A stretch of DNA of 64,000 nt from Candidatus Xenobia bacterium. Lineage in GTDB: Bacteria; Vulcanimicrobiota; Xenobia; Xenobiales; QWHO01. How positions within the stretch are numbered: position 1 is the first letter of the stretch; every line of letters starts with the position of its first letter. Under the pieces are notes generated by a model. The model had not been told where the DNA came from. It saw nothing but the letters and a program-made list of their open reading frames with translations, and did not search any database. Shown piece after piece: positions 1 through 10,828 of the stretch. Made by a program: the position numbers and the translations under genes. The stretch lies in assembly GCA_045863235.1 (NCBI GenBank), contig BTUM01000006.1, positions 32,001-96,000 on the forward strand. Reading direction: 5' to 3'.

Positions 1-1
1 G

Positions 2-1492
2 AAGGGCTTCCTGACCCAGGTGCGGCATACGCCTCCGACTCAGCTCTGGCACCGGTTGCGGCTGCTGGTCAAGCGACGTTGTCTGCAGGCCTGGTATCGG
101 CTGGCACCCCGACCCGGACTTCCGGCCCCCGCCCCCCTCTCGGATCGCGCCTGGGTGGCTCCGAGTCTCCATCCCATGCCCCTTCTCGACCCGAGCACGC
201 CGCTCGGGCGCCTGCGCGCCCACTGCCAGGCCGAGCCTGGTCGCGCTTGGATCGAGGGCAACCCGCCCTACGGGCCGCGTTACTGGGAGGACAGCTGGAA
301 CAGCTGGGCTATTTCCATCCGCAGCCTGGCCTGGATGCACGCCTGCCGGACCGGCCAGGTCAGCGACCGCGAGCTGGTGCTGCGCAGCCTGACTCAGCAG
401 CTCGAATTCTTGCTCTCCAACCTCGAGCTGGACATCCGGGGCAACCACCTGCTCAAGAACGCCCGTACCCTGCTCTTTGCCGGCCGCTTCTTCGCCGGCC
501 AGCTGGGCCAGCGCTGCCACCGGGTCGGCCGCCAGTTGCTGGAAGAGTGCCTGGCCGAGCAGTTCCCCGATGGGTTGCACTTTGAGAACAGCCCCGCCTA
601 TCACTGCGAGGCCACCGCCGACCTCATCGACTGCCAGGCGTGCCTGAACGAGCCCCATCCCCGGCTGGAGGCCCTGATCGCCTCGGCTCGCAGAGCCGTG
701 GCCGAGCTGACCCATCCCGACGGTCAGCTCAGCCTGCTCAACGACGGTGGATTCTCGTGGCTGCGGCCCGTGGCGAGCGAGGCTCGGGACCACTTCCACT
801 ACCCGGGGGCCGGCTACGCCGGCCTGCGCGGGCCTGGCTTCCTGCTGCTCTACGACTTCGGCCAGCTGGCCCCGGACGCGTTGCCAGCCCACTCGCACGC
901 CGACATCTTTAGCTTCGAGCTCTCCGTGCAGGGCCAGCGGGTCTTCGTGGACCACGGCTGTTTTCAATATCATCCGGGGCGCTGGCGGCGCTATGCTCGC
1001 TCGACCCCCATCCACAACACCGTCAGCCTGGATGGGGGCGACCAGGGCGACCTGAGCGGATCGTTTCGCCTGGGTCGTCGCGGCCGTACCCGGGTGCTGC
1101 GCTGCCGCGTCGAGCCCGACCTGCTGGAGGTGCTGGCCGAGCACACCGGCTTTGCCCATCTTCCGGGGGCACCGGTGCATCGGCGCCACTTTCGAGCCAC
1201 CCGAACCGGGCTCGAGGTGCACGACAGCCTGCTGGGCGGCCGGGGCCAGCGGGCCCGGGCCAGCTTGCTGCTCCACCCGGCCATCCGCCCTCGCCCGGTG
1301 GAGGGCGGCCTGGGGCTTGGGCCCATCAGCCTGTTTACGTCTTGTTCGTTCTGTTTTCGGCGGTCATGGTGGTGTCCTGACCTTGGAGTGCGCGTTCCGA
1401 CAGTGAAAATATTGTTCGAGTACGGTCTCGTCCCTTGCCAGGGCTTCTTCCGGGTGACCTGGAATGATGCAGGGTGCACCTCTGGATCTTGA
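2..1492 (+). CDS. Heparinase II/III family protein (polysaccharide-cluster type), probably 5'-truncated by the window edge
   Basis: Motifs GNHLLKN, HFENSPAYH, AHSHAD and STPIHNT. The frame is open from position 2, upstream of the GTG at 20. Overlaps the downstream GT4 gene. Confidence 0.8.
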   Translation, partial: KGFLTQVRHTPPTQLWHRLRLLVKRRCLQAWYRLAPRPGLPAPAPLSDRAWVAPSLHPMPLLDPSTPLGRLRAHCQAEPGRAWIEGNPPYGPRYWEDSWNSWAISIRSLAWMHACRTGQVSDRELVLRSLTQQLEFLLSNLELDIRGNHLLKNARTLLFAGRFFAGQLGQRCHRVGRQLLEECLAEQFPDGLHFENSPAYHCEATADLIDCQACLNEPHPRLEALIASARRAVAELTHPDGQLSLLNDGGFSWLRPVASEARDHFHYPGAGYAGLRGPGFLLLYDFGQLAPDALPAHSHADIFSFELSVQGQRVFVDHGCFQYHPGRWRRYARSTPIHNTVSLDGGDQGDLSGSFRLGRRGRTRVLRCRVEPDLLEVLAEHTGFAHLPGAPVHRRHFRATRTGLEVHDSLLGGRGQRARASLLLHPAIRPRPVEGGLGLGPISLFTSCSFCFRRSWWCPDLGVRVPTVKILFEYGLVPCQGFFRVTWNDAGCTSGS

Positions 1493-2739
1493 GCCACAAT
1501 TTTCCTCCCGAGAGCAACGCCCTGGCCCATCGCACCTTCGAGAACGCCCGCGAGTGGGTCAAGGGCGGGCATAGCTTCGACGTGCTAACCGACGTGCCGC
1601 ACTTCCCGGAGGGACGTGTCTATCGCGGTTATGCCAACCGGTTCCAGCACGAGGAGACCAGCGAGGGGATCTCGGTCTATCGCGTGCCCATCCTGCCGGC
1701 TGAGAATCGCAACGTGTTCCGGCGCACAGTCTCCTATGTCTCCTACCTGCTTTCCCTCTTGCTGTTCAGCGGGAGGGTGGAGCGCAAGCCTACGGCGATT
1801 TTCGCATCGACGCCTCAGATCTTCACCGCTCTGGCGGGCTATCTGTTGAGCTTGCGCTACCGCGTGCCCCTGGTGCTGGAGGTGCGCGACCTGTGGCCGG
1901 AGTCCATCAGCGCCGTGGGAGCCGTTTCCAGCGCATTCCTGCTGCGTCCGGTGCAGTGGCTGGCCGACCATCTCTACCGCCACGCCCGACTGATCGTGGT
2001 GCTGACCGATGCCTTCCGCACCGTCATTGCTGGGCGCGGGATCGATCCTGACAAGATCGTGGTGAGTCCCCCCGGAGTTTGCTCGGATTGGCTCGAGCAG
2101 GCGGTCACTCCCGAAGCGGTGGAGCGGCTTCGGGCGGAGCACCACCTCGAGGGAAAATTCGTGGTCTCTTACATCGGGACCATCGGAATGGCGCACGGGG
2201 TGGACTTGATGCTGGAGGCCGCCCGCCGCTGCAAGAATCCGGAGGTGGCTTTCGCAGTGGTGGGCACGGGGGCGGCCCGGCGAGACCTGGAGAAGGAGCT
2301 GGCCGAGCGCCCCTGCCCGAATTTCTACCTGTTTTCCAAGCAGCCCCGCGAGCTGATCCCCGTCTGGCTGGGTGTGACGAGCCTGTCGCTGGTTCTGCTC
2401 AAGGACAAGCCGGTCTTCGAGACGGTCATTCCCTCCAAGCTGATCGAGGCCATGGGGGCGGGCAAGCCGGTGGTGCTGGGAATTCGCGGCGAAGCCGCCC
2501 GACTCTTGCGCCGGGCTCAGGCGGGCGTCTGTTTTGCTCCCGGGCAGGTGGACGAGCTGGTGGCGGCTGTCGAGCAACTGGCCGGCGATCCGGCTGCCCT
2601 GGCGCTCTACGCGGAGAATGGCCACCGCTACGCCCGTCGCCACCATGATCGGGGAGTGCTGGCCGTAGAGCTCTGGAAGCACCTCGAGCAGGCCCTTGCT
2701 CCGGTGACCGAGGACGAGAGCCTGAGCCTTCCGGCCTGA
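1474..2739 (+). CDS. Glycosyltransferase family 4 (WbuB-like)
   Basis: N-terminal SHNFPPE, EVRDLWPES, YIGTIGMAHG and PSKLIEAMGAG (GT-B fold motifs). Confidence 0.9.
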   Translation: MHLWILSHNFPPESNALAHRTFENAREWVKGGHSFDVLTDVPHFPEGRVYRGYANRFQHEETSEGISVYRVPILPAENRNVFRRTVSYVSYLLSLLLFSGRVERKPTAIFASTPQIFTALAGYLLSLRYRVPLVLEVRDLWPESISAVGAVSSAFLLRPVQWLADHLYRHARLIVVLTDAFRTVIAGRGIDPDKIVVSPPGVCSDWLEQAVTPEAVERLRAEHHLEGKFVVSYIGTIGMAHGVDLMLEAARRCKNPEVAFAVVGTGAARRDLEKELAERPCPNFYLFSKQPRELIPVWLGVTSLSLVLLKDKPVFETVIPSKLIEAMGAGKPVVLGIRGEAARLLRRAQAGVCFAPGQVDELVAAVEQLAGDPAALALYAENGHRYARRHHDRGVLAVELWKHLEQALAPVTEDESLSLPA

Positions 2740-2766
2740 GGGTCAGCTCCCCGCGTTCGCGGAGAT

Positions 2767-5337
2767 TCATCCTGGAGGGGGTTGCCGCTTCGTAAGCCGC
2801 AGCAGGGCGGGCAGGGCCAGCTCGGCTCCGACCAGGTTGGCCAGCACCCCGCTGGCCATCACGAACCCCAGCGAAGCGATGCCCCGGTGGTCGGCCAGCA
2901 TGAGCGAGCCGAAGCCGGCAATGGTGGTGATCGCGGCCAGGGCCACGGCGGGGCCGGTGGAGTGCGCGAAGAGGTAGCCCTGATCGCGCCCGTGCACCAC
3001 GTGCACGCCATAGACCAGCCCGATGCCGAGGGTCAGGGGGAGCGCCATGAAGTTGGCGGGATTGAAGTTGACCCCGCAGGCGCCCATCAGCCCCAGCATC
3101 CACACCACCCCGAGCAGCTTGGGGAGCAGGGCCAGCCCGGCCAGCTTCAAAGAGCGGAAGTGCACCAGCAAGAGCAGCACGATGATGACCAGGGCGTTGC
3201 GCCAGGAGGTCTCATAGGCTCGCTTCAGCTCGCCCAGATAGTGGTAGATCAGCACCGGGCTGCCCGTGACCGAGGGCTCGACTCGCTCCAACTCGCCCAC
3301 GAAGCGAGCCAGGGCTTCACGTTCCCACACGTTCTCGCGGGGGTGGACCGAGATCAAGAGCTCCCCCTCGGGCCCGATGCCTCGGTCGCGCAGCTTGTCG
3401 GGCAGGTCCTGCACCCCGATGGCCGGGCCGGCCCGCTGGCTCTGCAACTGCAAGAGAGACGAGCGCACGTCTTTCATCAGGTGCTGCTCGAAGCTCTCCA
3501 GGCCTTCCTCGATCGGGCCCGGACCCATGTCCTTCAGGGTCGCCTTGAGTCGGTCGAGGCGGGCCAGCCCGGCCTTGCGCTCCTCGGGCGGACGCGTGGA
3601 CAGCAGTTTGCGCAACCGTTTGTCCAGTCCGGCAAAGAGGGGCTCGAGCTTGAGCAGTTGCTCCACCGTGCGATGAGGCGGCGAGCCGGGGGGCTTCAAA
3701 CCCTGCACCGGGGCCAGGGCGGCCGCCACTTCCCGTGAGCGATCCTGCTCTGGCAGGAGGGTGACCAGGCACTCCACTCGGGCCACCGAGGGCAGCCGCC
3801 CGAGCTCGCTTACCAGGCGGCGGGCCTCGGCCGCGTCGGGGGCAGCGATCAGGGCCACCAGGCTGGTGCGCCCGACCTGCTGCAGCAACCGCTCGGCCTG
3901 CACGGGGGGCGAGCCGGGAGCGTGCATGTGCAGCAGGTTGTAGTCAAAGTGCAGGCGAGGGATGTAGTGCGCGCACCACAGGGTGAGGAGGGCCGTGAGC
4001 ACCAGGATGGTGCCGGGTCGTGCAGCGACCCAGCGCTCGGCCGGCAGCCAGCGCGACGGCGGCACGGGCGGAACGCTGGCGCGCCGGTCGAGCAGAAAGA
4101 TCAGCGAGGGAAGCATCACGGCCATGGCCGCAAACGAGAGCATCACCCCCACTCCCGAGATGAGACCCAGGTCGGCCACGGCCCGAAAGGTCGTGAAGCG
4201 CAGGGCCAGGAAGGCGACCGCGGTGCTGAGGGCGCCGGTCAGGTTCTCCACCCCCGAGCCCTGCATGGTCTTCTCCATGGCCGGCAGGGGAGCAAGGCCG
4301 GCGGCGCGCAGCTCCTCGTAGCGCAGCAGCCAGTGGATGCCAAAGTCCACTCCCAGCCCCACCAGGATGCAGGGGAAGTTGATGGTCACCAGGTTGAGGG
4401 TGCCTACGGTCAAGCCAGCAAAGGCCATCGACCAGGTCAGCCCCACGCTCATGACCAGCACGATCATCTGGGCCCGCCAGAATGCTCCGAAGCCCAGCAC
4501 TAAAAGCAGGTTGCACAGCATGACCGAGCTGATGGTGGCGATCACCGCTCCCCGGGTCGTATCCAGCGCTTCCTGGGCCTGCAGCACCGGCTCGCCGGTG
4601 AGCTCGACCTGCACCCCGCGCACCTGGCCGATGAGCTCGCGCAGGCGCTTGACAGCGGCCCTGGCCTGGCGGTCGGCGGGGCGCACGAGCAGCAGGTTGA
4701 CCTCACCGTGCTGGAAGGTCAGGTAGACCCGGGTGCCGTGGCGCGTACCGCCCTGGCCAGGGTCCGGCTCAGGGCGCCGGAAAGGCGAGACGTAGGGCGC
4801 GCGCCCGCGGCTTTCGAAGCTGGCGATGAGCTGGTCGAGCACCCGGTCGAGGGTGGCGCTGAGCTGGGGACGAGCTGCGAGCAGCGCTTCCAGCCGGCTG
4901 TCTTTGCCCAGAGCGGCCAGCCAGGGACGCGCCTGGCGCAGCTCGAGCTCCAGCTCGCCCAGCTCTTCGGAGGTCAGGTAGAGCAGAGAGCGGTCCTTGA
5001 GGAACTCGAGCTCGAAGCTGGTCAGCACCTTCGTGAAGAGGGCCGGCTCTTGCTCGAGACGGGCGGCCAGCTCGTCCACCGCCTGCTCGCGCTCGGACTC
5101 GCTCCCGCCTCGCACGTAGACCACGATGTCGTTCTCGCCCGGAAAGACCTGCTTGAAGCGACGGTAATTGAGCTGCACAGGGTGATCGGGCCGCAGCAAC
5201 TGGGTGCGGTCGGCTGAGAAGGAGAGCGTCTTCAGGCTGATCCATCCCGCCGGCAGCACGGACAGGGCCACCAGCACCAGGATCACCCGGGGGGCGCGAT
5301 AGCAGAGCCTGGTGAGCCCGACCAGCAGAGTGGCCAT
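2767..5337 (-). CDS. MMPL/RND family transporter, HpnN (hopanoid transporter)-like
   Basis: 856 aa with two TM bundles and large extracytoplasmic loops. Motifs GLGVDFGIH and GIGLVYGVH. Confidence 0.8.
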   Translation of the reverse strand: MATLLVGLTRLCYRAPRVILVLVALSVLPAGWISLKTLSFSADRTQLLRPDHPVQLNYRRFKQVFPGENDIVVYVRGGSESEREQAVDELAARLEQEPALFTKVLTSFELEFLKDRSLLYLTSEELGELELELRQARPWLAALGKDSRLEALLAARPQLSATLDRVLDQLIASFESRGRAPYVSPFRRPEPDPGQGGTRHGTRVYLTFQHGEVNLLLVRPADRQARAAVKRLRELIGQVRGVQVELTGEPVLQAQEALDTTRGAVIATISSVMLCNLLLVLGFGAFWRAQMIVLVMSVGLTWSMAFAGLTVGTLNLVTINFPCILVGLGVDFGIHWLLRYEELRAAGLAPLPAMEKTMQGSGVENLTGALSTAVAFLALRFTTFRAVADLGLISGVGVMLSFAAMAVMLPSLIFLLDRRASVPPVPPSRWLPAERWVAARPGTILVLTALLTLWCAHYIPRLHFDYNLLHMHAPGSPPVQAERLLQQVGRTSLVALIAAPDAAEARRLVSELGRLPSVARVECLVTLLPEQDRSREVAAALAPVQGLKPPGSPPHRTVEQLLKLEPLFAGLDKRLRKLLSTRPPEERKAGLARLDRLKATLKDMGPGPIEEGLESFEQHLMKDVRSSLLQLQSQRAGPAIGVQDLPDKLRDRGIGPEGELLISVHPRENVWEREALARFVGELERVEPSVTGSPVLIYHYLGELKRAYETSWRNALVIIVLLLLVHFRSLKLAGLALLPKLLGVVWMLGLMGACGVNFNPANFMALPLTLGIGLVYGVHVVHGRDQGYLFAHSTGPAVALAAITTIAGFGSLMLADHRGIASLGFVMASGVLANLVGAELALPALLRLTKRQPPPG

Positions 5338-6825
5338 TTATCGGCGGGCGAAGCGCGCCGTTTTCCAGTTGTCCAGCTGCTCGAGCCTGAAGGCGGTGGC
5401 CTGGCCATCGGGCCCCAGCTCGAAGCGCACCAGGGTGACCAGGGGACCGTCCTTGAGGTCGGCTTCGTAGTAGAAGGTGCTCCCGTCCCAGGGCCGCAGG
5501 GGGGCGGTGACCCTCAGGTCGGGGCCGAAGCTCAGCTGCATGCCGGCCACCCGGGCCGGGCCGAAGTAGGCGTTGTCGTAGCTCCCCTCGATGGCCTGCG
5601 CGGCCACGGGCGCTTGACCCTGAGCGGGACGCTGCGACCAGCTCAGGCCCCCGTCCACCATGCCCGCCATGCCCTGGCCGACCTTGCGCTCGGTCGCCAT
5701 CACGTCCTCCAGGCTGCCCTTGCCGTCCAGCACCAGGCTCACCAGGCCGCTGGACAAACCCTCGGGCAAGCCGCTGGGGAAGGCATTGCACAAGATGGCG
5801 ATGCCCAGCTCGGCTTCGGGAATCAGCAAGAGCTGCGAGCGCGTGCCGGTGGAGAAGGCTCCTGAATGCTTGACCTCGAGCATGCCGTGGCGGTTGTAAG
5901 ACGAGGCCCAGCCCAGCCCGTAGAATCCGGTGCTGAAGGTGGCCGGGTTGAACCCGGTCACCATCAGCGGCTGGTGGGTGGCCAGCAGCGCCTCGCGGGC
6001 CACGATCTGCTTGCCGTCCACCGTTCCCTCGCCCAGGTGCAGGAGCAGGAATCGGCTCAGGTCTCGGGCCGTGCTGGAGACCCCGCCGGCCGGAGCCTGC
6101 GCGTCAGGCATGCGGTCGTAGCGCTGCACCGCCTTGCCATCCTCCAGGATGTGCTCGCGGGCCCGATCGCTGGCCCGGGCGAAATCGGCGTAGCGGGTGC
6201 TGGTCGACTTCATCCCGAGGGGATCGAAGATCTTCGTCTTGCAGACAAGGTCGAACTGCCCCCGGGTGGCCGCCACGCAGCCCGCCGTGATGCCGAAATT
6301 GGAGTAGCTGTAGCTGGACCGAAAGCGGTTGTCCAGGGGAACTTCGCGCAGGTTGTGAAGGATGCTGGCCTGGTCGAAGCCCAGCTCCTCCAGCTCGTTA
6401 CCGGCCTGGCCCGGGAGACCGCTGCGGTGGCAGAGCAGGTCGCGCACCGTGAGGTGGCTGGTGACCCAGGGGTCGTTGAGCTGGAAGGCGGGGTCGAGCT
6501 CGGCGATGAGGGTGTCGAAGCTCACCTTCTGCTCGCCCACCAGCGCCGCGACGGCGCTGGTGGCGATGGGTTTGGAGCAGGAGGCCAGATGGAACACGGT
6601 GTCGGCCGTGACGGGCGTGGGCCGATCCACGTTGGTCACCCCGAACCCTTCCAGCATCACCACTTTGCCTTTGTAGACCACCGCCACCGAGCAGCCCGGC
6701 ACTCCGCTGGCCTTGAGCGCCTCCTGACACAGCTGGCGGAACCTGGGAAGGATGGCGTTCATGTCGGGCTCGGCCGCGACCGGAGCCAGGGTGAGGAGAA
6801 GGGCGAGAAAAAGGCGCTTGAGCAT
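5338..6825 (-). CDS. Secreted serine hydrolase, beta-lactamase class C family, with DUF3471-like C-terminus
   Basis: Signal peptide, SxxK (ASCSK), LLCHRSG, YSN and HSG motifs. Confidence 0.88.
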   Translation of the reverse strand: MLKRLFLALLLTLAPVAAEPDMNAILPRFRQLCQEALKASGVPGCSVAVVYKGKVVMLEGFGVTNVDRPTPVTADTVFHLASCSKPIATSAVAALVGEQKVSFDTLIAELDPAFQLNDPWVTSHLTVRDLLCHRSGLPGQAGNELEELGFDQASILHNLREVPLDNRFRSSYSYSNFGITAGCVAATRGQFDLVCKTKIFDPLGMKSTSTRYADFARASDRAREHILEDGKAVQRYDRMPDAQAPAGGVSSTARDLSRFLLLHLGEGTVDGKQIVAREALLATHQPLMVTGFNPATFSTGFYGLGWASSYNRHGMLEVKHSGAFSTGTRSQLLLIPEAELGIAILCNAFPSGLPEGLSSGLVSLVLDGKGSLEDVMATERKVGQGMAGMVDGGLSWSQRPAQGQAPVAAQAIEGSYDNAYFGPARVAGMQLSFGPDLRVTAPLRPWDGSTFYYEADLKDGPLVTLVRFELGPDGQATAFRLEQLDNWKTARFARR

Positions 6826-7013
6826 TTGCCCCGGTTGGTCCGAGGAGGGGGAGATTCCTGCCCGTCAGGCGGACGGGTCGACGACCCTGAGGAGTCCGTG
6901 CCGTTCAGGGTCGCGAGCTCGCCCTGCTCGAGTGTGCAGGCCAGGGGCGCTCAATATCGGACTTCGATGTCGGGCAAGGTCTGATGGTGGCGGCCAGGAA
7001 GAAGGTGGCCAGG

Positions 7014-8390
7014 TCAAGTCCTCGGCACGAAGAACCAGCCCGTGCTGCTCGCTCGGACCGGGCGATAGTTGCTCTCAAAGACCATTCGGAGGCTCGGGAC
7101 GGGAAACTCCCTCTCGCGCAAAAGCACCACCCGATAGAATCGCTGATTGAGCTTCTCGGCCACGGTGCGCAACGGTATCGTCCCGTCTGCGAGGCGTTCC
7201 CAGAACCAGAACTCATCGACCTCGAGAGTGTGACCGGACCAGTAGAGCAGGGTCGTGTCCATCGAGAAGATCGGTCCGGGCTGGCTGGCCAGCCACTCCC
7301 GGTCGGATTCATACACGAGCTGACTGTGAGCCAGCCCACTCGATTCCGCTATCTGCTCGGACAGGGACCTGGGAAGGACAACCAGAATCGTGAGCGTGAG
7401 ACCGACCAGGCTCGCGGCCAGCCATCGTCCGGTCACAGAAGCGAGCAGCAGCCCCGCACCCAGGCAAAGAGCGACCCAGTAGTCAAAGAAGCGGTTGCGA
7501 CTGACCGCTGGCAGACCGGTCAGGTAGAAGCCCCAGAGGCACGCAACCACAAGGTAGGCAATTATGAGCTCAGCCCATTTCTGCTCGCGAGCTCTCCACA
7601 AATGGACTCCCACGAAGAGGGTTGCCGGCAAAATCGTCGGGACCCAGCGGAAATTGAGCATCTCCTTGATCTGGTGCTTCTGGGGGACAAGAATGCTCGG
7701 GAAAAAGTTCGGCCCGTAAAGAGCCTGGAACAGAAGAACTGTGACGAGCACAAGGATGCAGCTTGTCAGCATCCATAACCGAAGGCTCCTGGGCTCGTGT
7801 CGAAACAGCCACCAGGTGACGGCCAACGGCAGCGGGACCACGATCTGCTTGACCAGCCCGCCCACGAACATGAGCGTGGCGCAAAGTGGCATACAGCGCG
7901 CCTCCGCATCCCCACGAATGAGCACGTAAAGTCCCGCCAGGACCAGGAACTCAGCGAGCCACTGGGGGTCGGAGCGGGCGATGTAGTCGCACTTGTGCAC
8001 TGCGGAGAAGGCCAGGAACAGCCACGCGGTCAGCCCGGACACAAGCCTGTCCCGGGTAAGACGGAATACGATCATCCCGGTGAGAATCCCGACCCCGAGC
8101 CAGCTGAGCAGACTGACGGCCCGCCCGGCCAGGAGCGGGTCGGGAAAGAGACCGAGCAGATGGTAGGAGAGCGGAGTATAGTTGTTCCCAAGAAAGCTGT
8201 CAGGCGGCGGGTAAAGCTGCTGGCCCGACCTTGCGTGCAGAGCGTGGTAGGCGTTCCAACCCTCGTTGGGCCCAGGGAAACGGACCTTCGTGCCCAGCGT
8301 GAGAACGGGCCAGACCGATATGCTGAGGACGATCCCTGCCAACAAGACGGCGCTCGACCAGAGCATGAAGTCCCGGCTCGACCTGAGCAT
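7014..8390 (-). CDS. Multi-pass membrane protein, GT-C/ArnT-like glycosyltransferase
   Basis: About 10 TM segments; NEGW, NYTPL, GRAVS, ARSD and KQ motifs typical of GT-C-like proteins. Start uncertain (8441 GTG or 8390 ATG, the latter with an upstream GGAG). Confidence 0.6.
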   Translation of the reverse strand: MLRSSRDFMLWSSAVLLAGIVLSISVWPVLTLGTKVRFPGPNEGWNAYHALHARSGQQLYPPPDSFLGNNYTPLSYHLLGLFPDPLLAGRAVSLLSWLGVGILTGMIVFRLTRDRLVSGLTAWLFLAFSAVHKCDYIARSDPQWLAEFLVLAGLYVLIRGDAEARCMPLCATLMFVGGLVKQIVVPLPLAVTWWLFRHEPRSLRLWMLTSCILVLVTVLLFQALYGPNFFPSILVPQKHQIKEMLNFRWVPTILPATLFVGVHLWRAREQKWAELIIAYLVVACLWGFYLTGLPAVSRNRFFDYWVALCLGAGLLLASVTGRWLAASLVGLTLTILVVLPRSLSEQIAESSGLAHSQLVYESDREWLASQPGPIFSMDTTLLYWSGHTLEVDEFWFWERLADGTIPLRTVAEKLNQRFYRVVLLREREFPVPSLRMVFESNYRPVRASSTGWFFVPRT

Positions 8391-8428
8391 TCGCCGGTGT
8401 TCTCCTGTGGCCAGACGAGACTGTTCGA

Positions 8429-8914
8429 TCAGCCGCAGCACTTCTTATACTTCTTGCCGCTGCCGCACGGGCAGGGGTCGTTGCGGGCCGGACCGGCCTC
8501 GCGCCGCACCGGAGAACCTCGGGGAGTGGTGCTGTCGACATAGATCCAGCGCCCCTCGCGCAGCTCGAAGCGAGAGCGCTCGTGCAGCCGGTGGCGCTCG
8601 GCACCGACCGTGAACGAGGCCACGAACTCCACCTCGTCCTCCACCGCCTCGAGCACTTCCAGGCTGGTAAAGCGAGCCTGGCGAGCAAAGCGCTCGACCC
8701 CGGCCCGGTCTTGCGCCACCTGGGTTTGCATCAGATAGTCCACGTTGCCCAGCGCATAGGCCGAATAGCGCGAGCGCATCAGCTCCTCGGGGGTGGCCGG
8801 CAGCTCGCCCTGGTGAAACGGGCCGCAGCACCCCTCCAGGGGGCGGCCCGAGCCGCAGGGGCAGGCGTTAATTGCTGGGCTTCTCCGAAGGGGGCATGAC
8901 CGACAGGAAGTCAT
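8429..8914 (-). CDS. ychJ: YchJ family SEC-C motif protein
   Basis: N-terminal [27 protein letters not shown] and C-terminal [17 protein letters not shown]. Start codon uncertain. Confidence 0.85.
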   Translation of the reverse strand: MTSCRSCPLRRSPAINACPCGSGRPLEGCCGPFHQGELPATPEELMRSRYSAYALGNVDYLMQTQVAQDRAGVERFARQARFTSLEVLEAVEDEVEFVASFTVGAERHRLHERSRFELREGRWIYVDSTTPRGSPVRREAGPARNDPCPCGSGKKYKKCCG

Positions 8915-10070
8915 AGCCCATGCGCGGCACGTAGCTGTTGAGCAATTCATCCACCCGGTCGTAGCTCGGCGAGGCCACGATCAGGCCGGCGTGGTGGCGC
9001 TGCACGATGCGGCCCACGATCTCGGGTTCGTGGTAGCCGGTCAGATCGGGCCATTCCTGGCGGGCCAGGCACAGGGCCAGGCCCGCGTAGTCGCGGCGGT
9101 AGGTGGGAACCTGGTAGCTCTCCTTGTGCAGGTAGGCCAGCTCGATCTTGGCCCACTCGGCCCACAGGTTGATGCCCGAGGCCGCTTCCACCAGGGCGTC
9201 GATGTGGGCCCCGCCCACCCGGGCTGCCAGCTCGAGGAAGTAGAGCTTGCCATTGTGCCCCCGGATGAACTCGGCGTGGGTGACCCCGCGCACCATTCCC
9301 ATGGCGGCCACGACCTTCTTGTTGAGCGCCTTCAGGTCGCCCACCAGCTTCCCCTCGTGCTGGCTGGACATGGTGCGGGTGGTGAATACTCCGCCCAGGT
9401 GGGACACCTTCATCGGGGGCTCGCCGTAGCGGTGAGCGATCTGGTAGACCAGTTTGCTGTCGTAGTAGATCGAGTCCACGTGGAACACGTCGCCCGGCAC
9501 ATAAGCTTCCATCAGGTAGTAGGACTGCTTGTCGCCCAGCATGGCCAGGGCTTCCCAAAGCTCGGCCTCGTGCTCGATCTTGCGAATCCCCACGGCGCCG
9601 GCCTCGGCCCGGGGCTTGAGCATCCAGGGTGGGGACACGCAGCGCATGAACTCGCGCACGTCGTCATAGTTCAGAACGTGCACGAAGGCCGGCACCGGCA
9701 GTCCGTTCTCGGCCGCCTGCACCCGCATGGCCAGCTTGTCGCGGAAGTAACGGGCTCGGGTCTCGCCCATCCCGGGGCTGCGCAGGTGCTCGCGCAGCGA
9801 GGCGGCCGTCTCCACGTCGTAGTCGTCCAGGGCCACGATGCGGTCGATGTGGCGCTCGCGGGCCAGGTAGCTGACCCCGTTGATGATGTCCGGCACCTTG
9901 AGGGCGGGCATGCGGAACATCTCGTCGATGGCCTCGTGGGGCCAGGGCTCGCCCGCCAGGGCCTCCTCGGTGATCAGGATGACGCGACAACCCTGGCGTT
10001 TCAACTCGCGCATGAATTCGGCGCCCTTGTAGTAGCTGGCCAGGCAGACAAAAGTGATCGGTCGGCTCAT
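8868..10070 (-). CDS. ATP-grasp domain-containing protein
   Basis: [29 protein letters not shown] and [13 protein letters not shown]-grasp motifs. Confidence 0.88.
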   Translation of the reverse strand: MSRPITFVCLASYYKGAEFMRELKRQGCRVILITEEALAGEPWPHEAIDEMFRMPALKVPDIINGVSYLARERHIDRIVALDDYDVETAASLREHLRSPGMGETRARYFRDKLAMRVQAAENGLPVPAFVHVLNYDDVREFMRCVSPPWMLKPRAEAGAVGIRKIEHEAELWEALAMLGDKQSYYLMEAYVPGDVFHVDSIYYDSKLVYQIAHRYGEPPMKVSHLGGVFTTRTMSSQHEGKLVGDLKALNKKVVAAMGMVRGVTHAEFIRGHNGKLYFLELAARVGGAHIDALVEAASGINLWAEWAKIELAYLHKESYQVPTYRRDYAGLALCLARQEWPDLTGYHEPEIVGRIVQRHHAGLIVASPSYDRVDELLNSYVPRMGYDFLSVMPPSEKPSN

Positions 10071-10126
10071 GAGGCCCGTTGATTCGAACTCCAGGCCCTC
10101 ATTCCTGGTGCGTCGAATGGGCCGGC

Positions 10127-10828
10127 GTGGCGATCGTGATTGCAGGAGTCACCACCTGCGCCCTGTGCGGCGAGGTGGCCGACGCGAAGGACTACATGGC
10201 GACTTCGGGTGTCTGGTACGAGCAGGACCACCCGCTGTGGCGCTACTGCGACGCCCCCATGCACTGGGATTGCTACGAGCGCTGGCCCGAGCGCGAGCAG
10301 TTCGCGCGCGACTATGTGGCCATGCGCCGCTCGCATCAAGACAGTCCCTACTGGGACAGGGTTTACGAAGACGAGCAGCTGGTGCTCGAGGTCAGCCGCG
10401 CCAGGGCCCTGGCCTGGCTGCGGGCAACCGGCACCCCGGTCGCCTTCTCGCCGCAGAGCTGGCCTGAGCCCGAGCCCGGTCTTCACCGTCTCGAACGCGA
10501 CGCGCTCGAGAAGAGCCACCTGGCCGCCAGGTTCCCCGCCTGGGAGGATTTGCTGGCCGGTGTCGACTGGGAGGCCAAGGACCGCCTGCGCGAGCGCCTC
10601 GACCGCGAGGCCGAGGAGCGCCGCGAGCGCAGCCGCCAGGAGGCTATCGCAGCTCACGCCGAGAGCAACGCCCTGGCCGAGCGCTGGGCCGAGCAGCTCA
10701 AGGCCGGTGGCCTGACCTGTCCGGCCTGCCAGCGACACACGCGCAACATCCGCTACTACGACAAGCGGCCCGATCAGCGCTCGTACTTCATCTGCCAGGA
10801 GTGCGGCCGCTCCTTCGAGGCTCGCTGA
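10127..10828 (+). CDS. Hypothetical protein with N-terminal CxxC/HxxC and a C-terminal zinc ribbon
   Basis: CALC...HWDC and CPAC...CQEC. Good codon usage; TGATG coupling to the next gene. GTG at 10127 chosen as start. Confidence 0.7.
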   Translation: MAIVIAGVTTCALCGEVADAKDYMATSGVWYEQDHPLWRYCDAPMHWDCYERWPEREQFARDYVAMRRSHQDSPYWDRVYEDEQLVLEVSRARALAWLRATGTPVAFSPQSWPEPEPGLHRLERDALEKSHLAARFPAWEDLLAGVDWEAKDRLRERLDREAEERRERSRQEAIAAHAESNALAERWAEQLKAGGLTCPACQRHTRNIRYYDKRPDQRSYFICQECGRSFEAR

